A stretch of DNA of 56,079 nt from an uncultured Candidatus Peribacteria bacterium (GTDB taxonomy: Bacteria; Patescibacteriota; Gracilibacteria; RBG-16-42-10), in contig CAZERA010000001.1 of the NCBI GenBank assembly GCA_964514565.1, positions 496,001 to 552,079 on the forward strand, read 5' to 3'. The notes below the pieces were generated by a model, which did not search any database, was not told the DNA's origin, and saw only the letters and a list, made by a program, of their open reading frames with translations. Both the position numbers and the translations under genes were made by a program. Shown piece after piece: positions 39,148 through 50,518 of the stretch (position 1 is its first letter; each line of letters opens with the position of its first letter).

Positions 39148-39897
39148 ATGACTACTAGTCTCCCGATTTCACTTGCTGCGGAACCGGTTTTTTACTTGGG
39201 CGCTTTTCCAGTGACTAATGCTTTTTTGACTAGTGTGCTTTTGTCACTAATAGTAGCGATCCTTTTGCTTTTCTTGCCCCGCAAATTGAGCTATATCCCT
39301 ACTGGTGTCCAAAATGGTTTGGAATGGGTGTATGAACAGCTCATGGGACTCGTCAACTCAGTAGTGGGTGACCAGAAGCTCAGTCGAGAGGTGATGCCTC
39401 TCATCAGTACTTTTTTCTTGTTTATTATTTTGCACAACTGGTTGGGGCTACTGCCTGGTTTTGGTGCCATTGGTTTCCATGAAATCCATGAAGGCAAAGA
39501 AGTGTTTGTTCCTTTGCTCCGTGGCTCCAATAGTGACATCAATCAAACTCTCGCTTTGTCTCTCGTCACTGTTACAGCACTCCAATACTATGGTTTTAAA
39601 TACAATGGTAAGAGTTACCTCAAGAAATTTTTCAATTTCAAAAATCCAATTACTGTGTTTGTTGGTTTTTTGGAATTGATTTCCGATTTAGTTAAGATCC
39701 TTTCCTTCACCTTCCGTCTTTATGGCAACATCTTTGCTGGCGAAGTGCTGCTGATTGTTATTTCTGCTTTTGTACCTTATATCGCCCCCATTCCCTTTTT
39801 GGCTCTAGAAATATTTGCTGGATTCATTCAGGCCGTAGTGTTTTGTATGCTGAGTTTGGTTTTCTTTAAACAAGCTACTCAGTCTCATGCTCACTAG
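39148..39897 (+). CDS. atpB: F0F1 ATP synthase subunit a
   Basis: QNGLEW, NWLGLLPG and SFTFRLYGNIFAGE (essential Arg), plus FIQAVVF. ATG 39148 preferred. Confidence 0.96.
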   Translation: MTTSLPISLAAEPVFYLGAFPVTNAFLTSVLLSLIVAILLLFLPRKLSYIPTGVQNGLEWVYEQLMGLVNSVVGDQKLSREVMPLISTFFLFIILHNWLGLLPGFGAIGFHEIHEGKEVFVPLLRGSNSDINQTLALSLVTVTALQYYGFKYNGKSYLKKFFNFKNPITVFVGFLELISDLVKILSFTFRLYGNIFAGEVLLIVISAFVPYIAPIPFLALEIFAGFIQAVVFCMLSLVFFKQATQSHAH

Positions 39898-39902
39898 ATC
39901 CT

Positions 39903-39933
39903 TCTCCCCCTCTCCTAATGGAAGCGGGGGAGA
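39903..39933. other. intergenic hairpin between atpB and atpE
   Basis: tctcccc ... ggggaga stem. Function unknown (mRNA stability element or repeat remnant). Confidence 0.45.
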
Positions 39934-39966
39934 GAGATTTAGCTCTCCCATTTTTAATTTCTTTTT

Positions 39967-40182
39967 ATGTCCAAAGAGTTTGCAATAGCGATGATCATGG
40001 TTGGTTCTGCTATTGGTCCTGCGCTCGCTATCGGTTTGATTGGCTTTTCTGGTCTCCGTGCTATGGGCCGCAATCCTGAGGTTTCTGACAAAGTACAAGG
40101 TGTAATGACTTTGGCTCTAGCGTTCGCGGAGGCGTTAGCTATTTATGGTTTGGTAATGTCTTTGATTATTCAATTTACTTAA
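39967..40182 (+). CDS. atpE: ATP synthase subunit c
   Basis: Two TM helices, RNP loop and AFAEALAIY. Confidence 0.96.
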   Translation: MSKEFAIAMIMVGSAIGPALAIGLIGFSGLRAMGRNPEVSDKVQGVMTLALAFAEALAIYGLVMSLIIQFT

Positions 40183-40196
40183 ATTACTAGTCTCCT

Positions 40197-40709
40197 ATGG
40201 CTGAGCTCTTCGAAAAACTGGGTATCAATTGGTCGCTTTTCCTAGCTCAACTAGTCAATTTTGTTTTGCTCTTTTTGTTAGTAAAACGCTTTTTGTTTTT
40301 GCCACTCGGCAAGATTTTGACCAAACGTCAGCAAGACGTGGTGAAGTTGGTTAGTGACCAGGAAGAAGCCAAAGAAAAAGCATTGGAAGCTAAGTCCTAT
40401 TATCTCACCTCGGTCCAACAAGCACGCCAAGAAGCCCAAAAGATTATTCATGAAGCGACTGAGGCAAGTGAAAAGAAATCAGCTCTACTTTTGGCTGAAG
40501 CTCGAGCAGAATTAGCAAAATTACAAGCCCGTCATCAGACTCAGCTAGCACATGAAGTAGAAGAGGCTCGTGAGAAACTATTACAAGAAAGCGTAACCAT
40601 TGCTCTCAATCTTTCCGAAAAAGTACTGCGCCATGAGCTCAAAGATAAGAAAGAGTATCAAAAAGCTTTGCTCAAAGAATTAGAGACTACTATTTCTGCC
40701 CAATTATGA
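40197..40709 (+). CDS. atpF: ATP synthase subunit b
   Basis: LGINWSLFLAQLVNF..L..L....LF.PL...L..RQ followed by a coiled coil. Operon position. Confidence 0.93.
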   Translation: MAELFEKLGINWSLFLAQLVNFVLLFLLVKRFLFLPLGKILTKRQQDVVKLVSDQEEAKEKALEAKSYYLTSVQQARQEAQKIIHEATEASEKKSALLLAEARAELAKLQARHQTQLAHEVEEAREKLLQESVTIALNLSEKVLRHELKDKKEYQKALLKELETTISAQL

Positions 40710-41221
40710 TTACTTTGGCTCAAGAAATTCGCACTTTTTTCCAAACTGCTTCTTTTCAGTCTGCTGAATTGGATCTCTTGGAGCCGATTTTGACTGATGA
40801 CCAACTAGTCAAATGTTTGGCTAATGAGGATATCCCTCTCACCAAAAAAATTCAGGCTTTGCAACAAGTCCATGTCGATACGGCTACCATCGATGATTTA
40901 TTTTTCTTTGCCCAGCTCCAACATAATCATGGTCTGCAGTTCATGGCTATAAAACCCTATATTACTGGTATTTTGGCTGAACAATCTGGTGCAGCATTTG
41001 TAGAAATTTATACTCGTGAACCAATTACTAAAGTCACGGCCAAAGAAATGGAGAATAATCTGCAAGCGCAGCTTTTTAGTTCATATACTCAATGTCATTT
41101 TCACTTTATGGTTGATCCCGATATCATTGGTGGTTTCCGGGTTTGTCACCAAGATACGGTTTGGGATTACACCGTAGAGGCCCAATTGACCGCTTTCCAT
41201 CAACAATTTATCTCTTTATGA
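40706..41221 (+). CDS. atpH: ATP synthase subunit delta (divergent)
   Basis: C-terminal [11 protein letters not shown]......WDYTV..QL motif. ATGA overlaps with atpF and atpA. Confidence 0.85.
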   Translation: MITLAQEIRTFFQTASFQSAELDLLEPILTDDQLVKCLANEDIPLTKKIQALQQVHVDTATIDDLFFFAQLQHNHGLQFMAIKPYITGILAEQSGAAFVEIYTREPITKVTAKEMENNLQAQLFSSYTQCHFHFMVDPDIIGGFRVCHQDTVWDYTVEAQLTAFHQQFISL

Positions 41222-42750
41222 TCTCACCTCAAAAGTTACACGAACAAGTGAAGCAAGCGATGGGTGCTTTGACTGCACCACTTACTTCCAAACATGTAGG
41301 TACAGTCTTGGAAACAGGGGATAATATTGCTTTAGTCTCAGGCCTCTCTGAAGCGATGATTGGGGAAAAGATCGTCTTCCCTCATGAGATCTTGGGGATA
41401 GTACTCAATCTCTCTGATGAGCATGTTGGTTGTGCGTTATTTGGTCCTACCCATTTGCTCAAAGAAGGTGATGAGGCGCAAAGCACTGGTGAGATTATGT
41501 CTGTACCAGTAGGTGAGGCCTTGATTGGGCGAGTAGTTGATGTCTTTGGTGCCCCACTGGATAACCGTGGGCCGATCAAAACCAAACTACGCCGGCCCAT
41601 TGAACAAAAAGCTCCGGGTATCATTGGTCGTGCTGAGGTCTCTCGACCATTACAAACTGGTATCAAAGCAATCGATAGTATGATCCCAATTGGTCGTGGT
41701 CAACGTGAGCTGATCATTGGTGATCGTCAGACTGGTAAAACAGCAGTAGCGATCGATACTATTATCAATCAAAAGAATCAAAATATTATTTGTATCTATG
41801 TGGCGATTGGTCAGAAAGATTCTACCTTGGCCAAGCTTGTCGGCATGTTGGAAGAAAAGGGCGCTTTGGAATACACCATCATTGTCTCAGCTAGTGCTTC
41901 TTCACCGGGACCACTACAATTCATGGCTCCATATGCTGGCTGTGCGATGGCGGAAGCATTCATGGTAGAGGGAAAAGATGTCTTGATCGTTTACGATGAT
42001 TTGTCGAAGCACGCAGTCGCTTATCGTGAACTTTCCTTGCTACTCGATCGTCCACCAGGACGTGAAGCGTATCCAGGAGATATTTTCTATGTGCATGCGC
42101 GTTTATTAGAACGTTCTGCCCAACTTTCTGAAGAAAAAGGTGGTGGTTCAATTACCGCTTTACCAATTATTGAAACGCAGGCAGGTGATGTGTCTGCTTA
42201 TATTCCAACCAATGTCATTTCTATTACTGATGGTCAGATCTATCTAGAGACAGATTTGTTTTACTCTGGTATCAGACCGGCAGTGAATGTGGGATTGTCA
42301 GTATCTCGTGTCGGAGGCAAAGCGCAAATTAAAGCGATGCGCAAAGTATCTGGTCGCATGCGTTTGGACTTGGCTCAGTACCGTGAGTTGGAGGCCTTTG
42401 CTCAAATCGGTTCAGATTTAGATACTGCTACCAAGAACCAACTCGAGCGTGGTAAACGTCTCACTGAGGTACTCAAACAGCCACAGTATCAGCCACTTGC
42501 CATTCAAAAACAGGTAGTCATCATTTACGCTACCAATGAAGGCTTCTTGGACAAAGTCCCTTTAGAAAAGATTACTGCCTGTGAGAAAGCAATCTATCAA
42601 TATTTGGATACCCTAGGTGAAGACATTCAGTCCCAAATCATCAAAGAAAAACAGCTAACTCCAGAAATAGAAGCAGCTATTCGTAAAGTGCTACCAGAAA
42701 TAATTGATCCATTTATTAACCAACCTACAGAAGGTAATGTTAAAGGCTAA
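41218..42750 (+). CDS. atpA: ATP synthase subunit alpha
   Basis: [27 protein letters not shown] and VISITDGQI. Start at ATG 41218. Confidence 0.98.
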   Translation: MISPQKLHEQVKQAMGALTAPLTSKHVGTVLETGDNIALVSGLSEAMIGEKIVFPHEILGIVLNLSDEHVGCALFGPTHLLKEGDEAQSTGEIMSVPVGEALIGRVVDVFGAPLDNRGPIKTKLRRPIEQKAPGIIGRAEVSRPLQTGIKAIDSMIPIGRGQRELIIGDRQTGKTAVAIDTIINQKNQNIICIYVAIGQKDSTLAKLVGMLEEKGALEYTIIVSASASSPGPLQFMAPYAGCAMAEAFMVEGKDVLIVYDDLSKHAVAYRELSLLLDRPPGREAYPGDIFYVHARLLERSAQLSEEKGGGSITALPIIETQAGDVSAYIPTNVISITDGQIYLETDLFYSGIRPAVNVGLSVSRVGGKAQIKAMRKVSGRMRLDLAQYRELEAFAQIGSDLDTATKNQLERGKRLTEVLKQPQYQPLAIQKQVVIIYATNEGFLDKVPLEKITACEKAIYQYLDTLGEDIQSQIIKEKQLTPEIEAAIRKVLPEIIDPFINQPTEGNVKG

Positions 42751-42770
42751 GTTTCAGAGATCTCAGCAAC

Positions 42771-42805
42771 CTCTGCTCTCTGACCTCGTATCTCTGATCT
42801 CATAT
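42771..42805 (+). repeat. 7-bp repeat tract, CTCTGAY/CTCGTAY family
   Basis: ctctgct ctctgac ctcgtat ctctgat ctcatat, between atpA and atpG. Confidence 0.8.
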
Positions 42806-42807
42806 TC

Positions 42808-45061
<2,254 letters not shown>

Positions 45062-45062
45062 T

Positions 45063-45482
45063 ATGCTTTGTACGATTCTAGGCATCGACGAACAAGTACT
45101 GTCTGGCCAGATCAAAGCTTTATCACTTTGGACTGCAGATGGTCAAGTGACTATTATGGAGCATCACGAGCCATGTTTGATGCTACTAGTCAGTGGTGAG
45201 CTGGTAGTTCAATTCCAAGAGAAAGCTGAGCGACTGCGTCGGTTTATTGGTGGTGGCTTCCTAGAAGTGCGCAAAGAAGAAGTGATTGTCTTAGCTGATG
45301 TTGCTGAGAATCTAGATCAATGGACTGCTACAGAAGCTGAGGCTGCTAAGCAGAGAGCAGAGCAGGCAGTTACTGAGGCTGTGAGTGAAGAGTCACTGAT
45401 TTATGCCAAGGCTCAGCTGGCGAAGTCGCTAGCAAGATTGAAGGTGGTGCATCGTAAGAATAAGAGTACTAGTTATCGCTAG
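45063..45482 (+). CDS. atpC: ATP synthase subunit epsilon
   Basis: ATG 45063. GQVTIMEHHEP, IGGGFLEV...VIVLADVAE and a C-terminal helical hairpin. Confidence 0.92.
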   Translation: MLCTILGIDEQVLSGQIKALSLWTADGQVTIMEHHEPCLMLLVSGELVVQFQEKAERLRRFIGGGFLEVRKEEVIVLADVAENLDQWTATEAEAAKQRAEQAVTEAVSEESLIYAKAQLAKSLARLKVVHRKNKSTSYR

Positions 45483-45521
45483 GCTGTGAGTGGCTCTATT
45501 TGGGCTTAGGTAATGAATCGT

Positions 45522-45558
45522 TTCTAACTTTTGCCCTCTGACCTCGTACCTCTGATCT
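45522..45558 (+). repeat. 7-bp repeat tract, CTCTGAY/CTCGTAC family
   Basis: ttctaac ttttgcc ctctgac ctcgtac ctctgat, between convergent atpC and trmB-like genes. Confidence 0.75.
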
Positions 45559-45563
45559 AATTT

Positions 45564-46337
45564 CTAGCTTGCTTTATCCCAAAGACTATAAAACATCGAC
45601 CTCAGCATATTGGTGATGTATTGGTCTTCAATCACTATCGCTTGGCATGCTACTGGTTGCCAGAATACGGTTTTGTTGGCGAAGAGTTGGAATGATGTTT
45701 CAAATACTTCGTCGGCTAGGTAGACTCGACTTTCACGTAGCTGTTCTTTATCTTTTCTTTGCATGAAGCGACATTCTTCAGAGGGAAGCATCAAGGCACG
45801 CATTTTGATGCCATTGGTCACTCGTTTCTTGAGCCATTTGTGCTCTGTTTCCCAAGTAATAAACTGTACGAAGTCTTTGATGGAACCGAAAAATTCATAG
45901 GCTTTGCTTTCTTCATCAGCAATGGAGAAAAGGAATTTTACGAAGGCATCAGAACCAGTCATGATTTTGATCTTGGATGGCTGACTACCTTGTTGGAATT
46001 GATCCATTAGTTCAGGCAAGATTTGGGTAAATGATTCTTCTACATGTTCGATCTCTTTTTTTTGACTACGGATTTTTTGTAATACGGTAGTAGGAGCATG
46101 TAGTTGCAGTCTACTGTTGCCACCAATCGCTTTATTGAAAGAAACCAAGTCCGCTTCCTCTAGCTCAGTAATCAATCGATAGAGCAGCGGTCTGGAAATG
46201 TTTTGTTTTCGGGCTAGCTCAGAAAAGTTTATAGTGCTATTTTCTAGGAGATTTTTGTAGAGTGTTACAGCTGGTCCAGAGACACCGATTTTGGTAAGTG
46301 TCACTAGTAACTCTTGATGGAGTGGTGAGATAGACAT
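45564..46337 (-). CDS. TrmB-family transcriptional regulator
   Basis: N-terminal wHTH (LYKNLL......SELARK.NISRPLLYRLITEL...LV) and a C-terminal PLD-like effector domain (KKRV..GIKMRAL, IFANK-like QLFANK, AIVIED..I.NM.RSMF..LW). Confidence 0.88.
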   Translation of the reverse strand: MSISPLHQELLVTLTKIGVSGPAVTLYKNLLENSTINFSELARKQNISRPLLYRLITELEEADLVSFNKAIGGNSRLQLHAPTTVLQKIRSQKKEIEHVEESFTQILPELMDQFQQGSQPSKIKIMTGSDAFVKFLFSIADEESKAYEFFGSIKDFVQFITWETEHKWLKKRVTNGIKMRALMLPSEECRFMQRKDKEQLRESRVYLADEVFETSFQLFANKTVFWQPVACQAIVIEDQYITNMLRSMFYSLWDKAS

Positions 46338-46348
46338 AGAAATAGATC

Positions 46349-46367
46349 TGTAATAAATAGTGTTACA
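46349..46367. promoter_or_regulatory. candidate operator (imperfect palindrome)
   Basis: TGTAATA-aatag-TGTTACA, 12 bp upstream of the trmB-like start. Confidence 0.5.
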
Positions 46368-46497
46368 ATTGAGCGAGATATTCAGTTGATATTTCTATAC
46401 TCTATTTACCTACTCGTCAACTGTGCTATAGTCACACACTACAAATCAATGTTCCTCTGGGAATGGATCAAGCCAGATTCGCCCTAACGATTGTTAT

Positions 46498-47433
46498 ATG
46501 CAGCAAGAAGATTTAATCACGCGTCCTAGCCAATTACGAGGTTTGTCAGCCACGGGTATTGCTTCATTTGATTGTAAAGCGAGATATCTAGCGGGGGATC
46601 AAAGACCATTGTCAGTTTTTTATAATAGAGCAGCTCGCTATTTTGATATAGCTGATGAATATAGTAATGTTTTCCCAGATTGTACTGATACCTGGCAAAT
46701 TGGTGGCTTTGTGGCCGCTCGTGAACAAATTCTATTGGATCAAACAATTAGGGCTTTACGAGCAGGTACTGTCCAAAACGTGGTTGTACTTGCAAGTGGA
46801 CTGTCAGCGACTGGCGCTTATCTGAGAGATTTTGTATCTCGTGAATTGCCACCTGATCAATCTGTGCAGATTATTTGTACTGACTTGGCTGAACCACTGT
46901 GTTTACAGAGAGCTCTATGTCGTCATATTTTGGAATCTTACACTCCTCGAGGTGTAAGTTTTAAACCTCTCAACGTTTTAGAAAAAGATGACTGGCAAGA
47001 GCTAGCGGGGAAGCTTAGTCCAGGTGGTGTTGCTATTATTTGTGAAGGATTGCTTGGTTATTTTAGTATGGAAAAAGTAACCAAATTTTTTTCTAATGCT
47101 CAAGCACTCCTAAAAGAACATAGTGGCTTTTTAGTTACAGATATTGCTACTAGAAAGGGTCTGAAAAACACCCTCTTTGACGGAGATTCAGAGAAGCTAT
47201 TACAGCAATTCTACACTGTTGCTGAGGTGAAACATGAAGAGGTAGCTTTTGCTGACGGTGAAGAGTGTCTTGATTATCTAGCTGACCATGGTCTAGATGC
47301 AGTCAGAGTTGGTTTACAAAATTCAGTTGAGTTTTATCAACCACATTTAGTGAATGCTCATGATCGTCAGAAGCTGGATAAAATACTGAAGGCTGCTGTT
47401 TGCATCGATGTGCGCGTGCCCTCAAGAGTTTAA
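46498..47433 (+). CDS. class I SAM-dependent methyltransferase (leucine carboxyl methyltransferase-like)
   Basis: NVVVLASGLS, CTDL, LNVL and IICEGLLGYF motifs. Extended -10 TGCTATAGT upstream. Confidence 0.8.
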   Translation: MQQEDLITRPSQLRGLSATGIASFDCKARYLAGDQRPLSVFYNRAARYFDIADEYSNVFPDCTDTWQIGGFVAAREQILLDQTIRALRAGTVQNVVVLASGLSATGAYLRDFVSRELPPDQSVQIICTDLAEPLCLQRALCRHILESYTPRGVSFKPLNVLEKDDWQELAGKLSPGGVAIICEGLLGYFSMEKVTKFFSNAQALLKEHSGFLVTDIATRKGLKNTLFDGDSEKLLQQFYTVAEVKHEEVAFADGEECLDYLADHGLDAVRVGLQNSVEFYQPHLVNAHDRQKLDKILKAAVCIDVRVPSRV

Positions 47434-47886
47434 CCATAAAATTGCGCCATTGAGCACAGTCGCGAAACTGACCCAAGCTAAGTATGGGATTAGTAAATAG
47501 CCGGCTACTTTGTCAGTTCTCAAAAAGCTAATTAGTGTTGCTGCGATCAAAACCAGCATCAGAACAATATCTATCATGCCCAGTAGTGGTGAACGGAGAC
47601 CAAAGAAAAGGGGAGACCAGATCGCATTAAATCCTAACTGTATCCAATACAAAGTCATCTTGGCCATAGGTACTTTGGTTTGAGTCCAAATCCGGTAACA
47701 AGCCACACCCATCAAAATATAAAGTAGGGTCCAAACTGGACCAAATAACCAATTGGGAGGAGAAAAGCTAGGCTTAGTAAGCAGTGGATACCAATTCTGA
47801 ATAGCGTCAGTAGTAAACAAAGCACCGAGGCCACCCGCTAAAAGTGGCAATGCCAAAGATATGACAAGCTTGAGTGGATTTTTCAT
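47422..47886 (-). CDS. tspO: TspO/MBR tryptophan-rich sensory protein
   Basis: WYPLLTKPSFSPPNWLFGPVWTLLY, QLGFNAIWSPLFFG and LIPYLAWVSFA..LN. Confidence 0.96.
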   Translation of the reverse strand: MKNPLKLVISLALPLLAGGLGALFTTDAIQNWYPLLTKPSFSPPNWLFGPVWTLLYILMGVACYRIWTQTKVPMAKMTLYWIQLGFNAIWSPLFFGLRSPLLGMIDIVLMLVLIAATLISFLRTDKVAGYLLIPYLAWVSFATVLNGAILWLNS

Positions 47887-47969
47887 AATCAGTATTTATT
47901 AACTCGTACTTCTTACCTTTTACCTATAAGAAACATTCTTGTATAGTAGCCATACACTTTTTAGATTGC

Positions 47970-49247
47970 ATGAATTCACAATCTCTTGCTCAAGACGATC
48001 CTGCTATTGCAGCTTTGATCGCTCAAGAAACAGCGCGTCAGCAAAATGGTTTGGAGATGATTCCTTCTGAGAATCATACTTCACAAGCTGTATTGGAAGC
48101 GCTCGGCAGTCGTCTAACTGATAAGTATTCTGAAGGCTACCCTGGTACGCGTTATTACGGTGGCTGTGAATTTGTCGATCAAGTAGAAAACATCGCTCGG
48201 GATCGAGCCAAAAAACTGTTTGGTTGTACTCATGCCAATGTGCAAGCTTATTCTGGTGGGCCAGCCAACTTGGCCGCTCACTATGCATTGTTAGAACCGG
48301 GGGACGTCACTATGGGTTTGAAACTTCCACATGGTGGCCACATGACACATGGTCTCAAGATCAATTTTTCTGGTACGCTCTATCACAATGTGCAGTATTC
48401 AGTACGAGCAGACGGCTATATCGATATCGATGATATGTGGAAGATTGCCAAAGAGCATCAACCGAAAATGATTATTGTAGGAGCCACTGCATATCCTCGT
48501 ATTTATGAATGGGAAAAGTATCGTGAAATTGCTGATAGTGTAGGAGCTTGGTTGCTAGCTGACATTAGTCATATCGCCGGTTTAGTAGTGGGTGGAGTAC
48601 ATCCGAGTCCCATCGGTATTGCTGATGTGGTTACTACTACTACCCACAAGACATTGCGTGGTCCACGTGGTGCTTTGATCCTCTGTAATGGTGATCCATC
48701 CCAACCACTCAAACCAGCGCCCAAGACTAAGGCTAACCTGCCTACTTTGATTGATCGCGCCATCATTCCTGGTCTGCAGGGGGGGCCACATAACCATCAA
48801 ACAGCTGCTATTGCCGTCGCGCTGCAAGAGGCAATGCAACCAAGTTTCGCTTTGTATGCTCAGCAAATAGTAAAAAATGCCCAGACTTTGGCTGAAGGGT
48901 TATTGAGCAAAGGCTATACTTTGATTACTGGTGGTACTGACAATCATTTGTTAGTAATTGATCTCACCAATCACCAAATTACAGGCGCTCAAGCAGAGAA
49001 AGCTTTGAGTAAGGCTGGGATTACGGTCAACAAAAACACTATTCCCTTTGATCCTCGTACCCCTTACGATCCATCAGGTGTACGACTAGGCACTCCTGCC
49101 ATCACTACTCGAGGGATGAAAGAAGCTGAGATGCTGATGATCGTGAACTTTATCGATAGTGCTCTGCAAAACTGGCAAGATGACGCCAAGCTTAATAGTA
49201 TTCATCAAGAAGTGAGAGCTTTGTGTGATCAGTTTCCGATTGGGTAA
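47970..49247 (+). CDS. glyA: serine hydroxymethyltransferase
   Basis: EMIPSENH, KYSEGYPG.RYYGG, TTTTHKTLRGPRG (PLP Lys), QGGPH and SGVRLGTPA.TTRG. Confidence 0.98.
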   Translation: MNSQSLAQDDPAIAALIAQETARQQNGLEMIPSENHTSQAVLEALGSRLTDKYSEGYPGTRYYGGCEFVDQVENIARDRAKKLFGCTHANVQAYSGGPANLAAHYALLEPGDVTMGLKLPHGGHMTHGLKINFSGTLYHNVQYSVRADGYIDIDDMWKIAKEHQPKMIIVGATAYPRIYEWEKYREIADSVGAWLLADISHIAGLVVGGVHPSPIGIADVVTTTTHKTLRGPRGALILCNGDPSQPLKPAPKTKANLPTLIDRAIIPGLQGGPHNHQTAAIAVALQEAMQPSFALYAQQIVKNAQTLAEGLLSKGYTLITGGTDNHLLVIDLTNHQITGAQAEKALSKAGITVNKNTIPFDPRTPYDPSGVRLGTPAITTRGMKEAEMLMIVNFIDSALQNWQDDAKLNSIHQEVRALCDQFPIG

Positions 49248-49248
49248 C

Positions 49249-50496
49249 TTATTGGCGCCGGTGGTCTTCTGTTTTTGCTTCTACTATTTCATTGATTGCA
49301 CCGCGAACTTGGCGTGCATTTTTTGCCCGTATATCTAGAATCTTGGCTAGCACTTCAAAAGTGGAATGAATAGTTGTAAGTGAACGATATTCATCATCTT
49401 TATTGCTCACGTCACCATCCACGTATGGATAAGGATGGAAAACACTTGCTCGCAATTCATTGGATATTTTTACGATAGGGTGTAGGCTTTGAAATTCAGG
49501 TCTGAGTGTAAGTTCGCGTTTGCCATTTGGTAGATTCACGATAGACGCCAGTTCATACTTGAGTAGAAATGTCCTTACTAATACGCCCAAAGCATATTTG
49601 TCAGCAATATCGAGAGCATCTCGACGAAGTTCTTGTTGCACAATGAGCCTCCAATCATAGTAGCGTTCATTGAATACATCCTGCCCATTCACAACTTGTT
49701 CATAAAAACGAGCTGAGCCAAAATCAACTAATTTTGCTCGTCTTTTTGGTACTACCATGATATTTCCTTCACACAAATCATGATATTTGATTCTGCGTCG
49801 ATGCAACCAGCCAAGCCCCCGTGCTGCATCCGCAATACAACGTAAATAGTCACCTGCTGATAGGTCAGCGATAGAAAGGTTTTCAGCCTTCCCTCCTTCA
49901 TTTGCACACCATTCATAGAGTATTTCATCTTGACCGATTGCAATTGGTCTAGCGATTGGAGTGTCCTCGCTTGCATGATCAAGTAGTCTTAATAGATGGG
50001 ATGCCATTAATCTTTCATGGTCGAATTGTTGTCTCACCTCGGGGTTGTTACTGCGGCAGCGTTTGAGACCGACACGCTGATAGCTCTCAGTACCTCCAGT
50101 ATTTGGTATTCTAACAAATGCAGGAGTCACGCTAGCAAAGTTTCCTTGCACCGCAATTACTGCTGGACTAGAGATCTCCTGAGCATGGGTACCCGCTGAG
50201 TGACTTTTCCTATCAGGGAAAATACCGACAAGCGGAGTACCCTTACTGTCTTCCAAGACTTTTGGACCATTATTACGAATGTAAGTTTGTACAGCTTTTG
50301 GTAGCTGCGTGAAGGCTAAGGCATCTTTTATATCCCAACGCGTTGTCACTCTGGGACCGAATCCAATAGCCGACTGTCGCAATAAGTCTGGATGCTCTTT
50401 GAATACAGCTGCTCTTATTTCCTCAATCATCTCGCGTCTTTTTTGTTGTGCTGCTTCTGTTTCTTCAGAAACGTTTGCTACCAGTTCTAATGCCAT
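49249..50496 (-). CDS. Hanks-type Ser/Thr protein kinase-like protein
   Basis: QGNFASV (degenerate Gly loop), VGLK, helix-C Glu, YHDLCEGNIMV, LVDFGSA and DKYALG. Confidence 0.8.
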   Translation of the reverse strand: MALELVANVSEETEAAQQKRREMIEEIRAAVFKEHPDLLRQSAIGFGPRVTTRWDIKDALAFTQLPKAVQTYIRNNGPKVLEDSKGTPLVGIFPDRKSHSAGTHAQEISSPAVIAVQGNFASVTPAFVRIPNTGGTESYQRVGLKRCRSNNPEVRQQFDHERLMASHLLRLLDHASEDTPIARPIAIGQDEILYEWCANEGGKAENLSIADLSAGDYLRCIADAARGLGWLHRRRIKYHDLCEGNIMVVPKRRAKLVDFGSARFYEQVVNGQDVFNERYYDWRLIVQQELRRDALDIADKYALGVLVRTFLLKYELASIVNLPNGKRELTLRPEFQSLHPIVKISNELRASVFHPYPYVDGDVSNKDDEYRSLTTIHSTFEVLAKILDIRAKNARQVRGAINEIVEAKTEDHRRQ

Positions 50497-50518
50497 AATT
50501 GAGGAAAGTCTGCAGGAA

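Noticed and set aside
40197..41221. Genetic code 25 (TGA=Gly, as in Gracilibacteria/Absconditabacteria)
   Set aside because: Conserved genes are full length under code 11, and atpF and atpH end in TGA within ATGA overlaps.
50501..50510. GAGGAAAGTC, resembling the RNase P RNA 5' conserved motif
   Set aside because: It lies in a 22-bp gap between two CDSs with none of the other RNase P elements.
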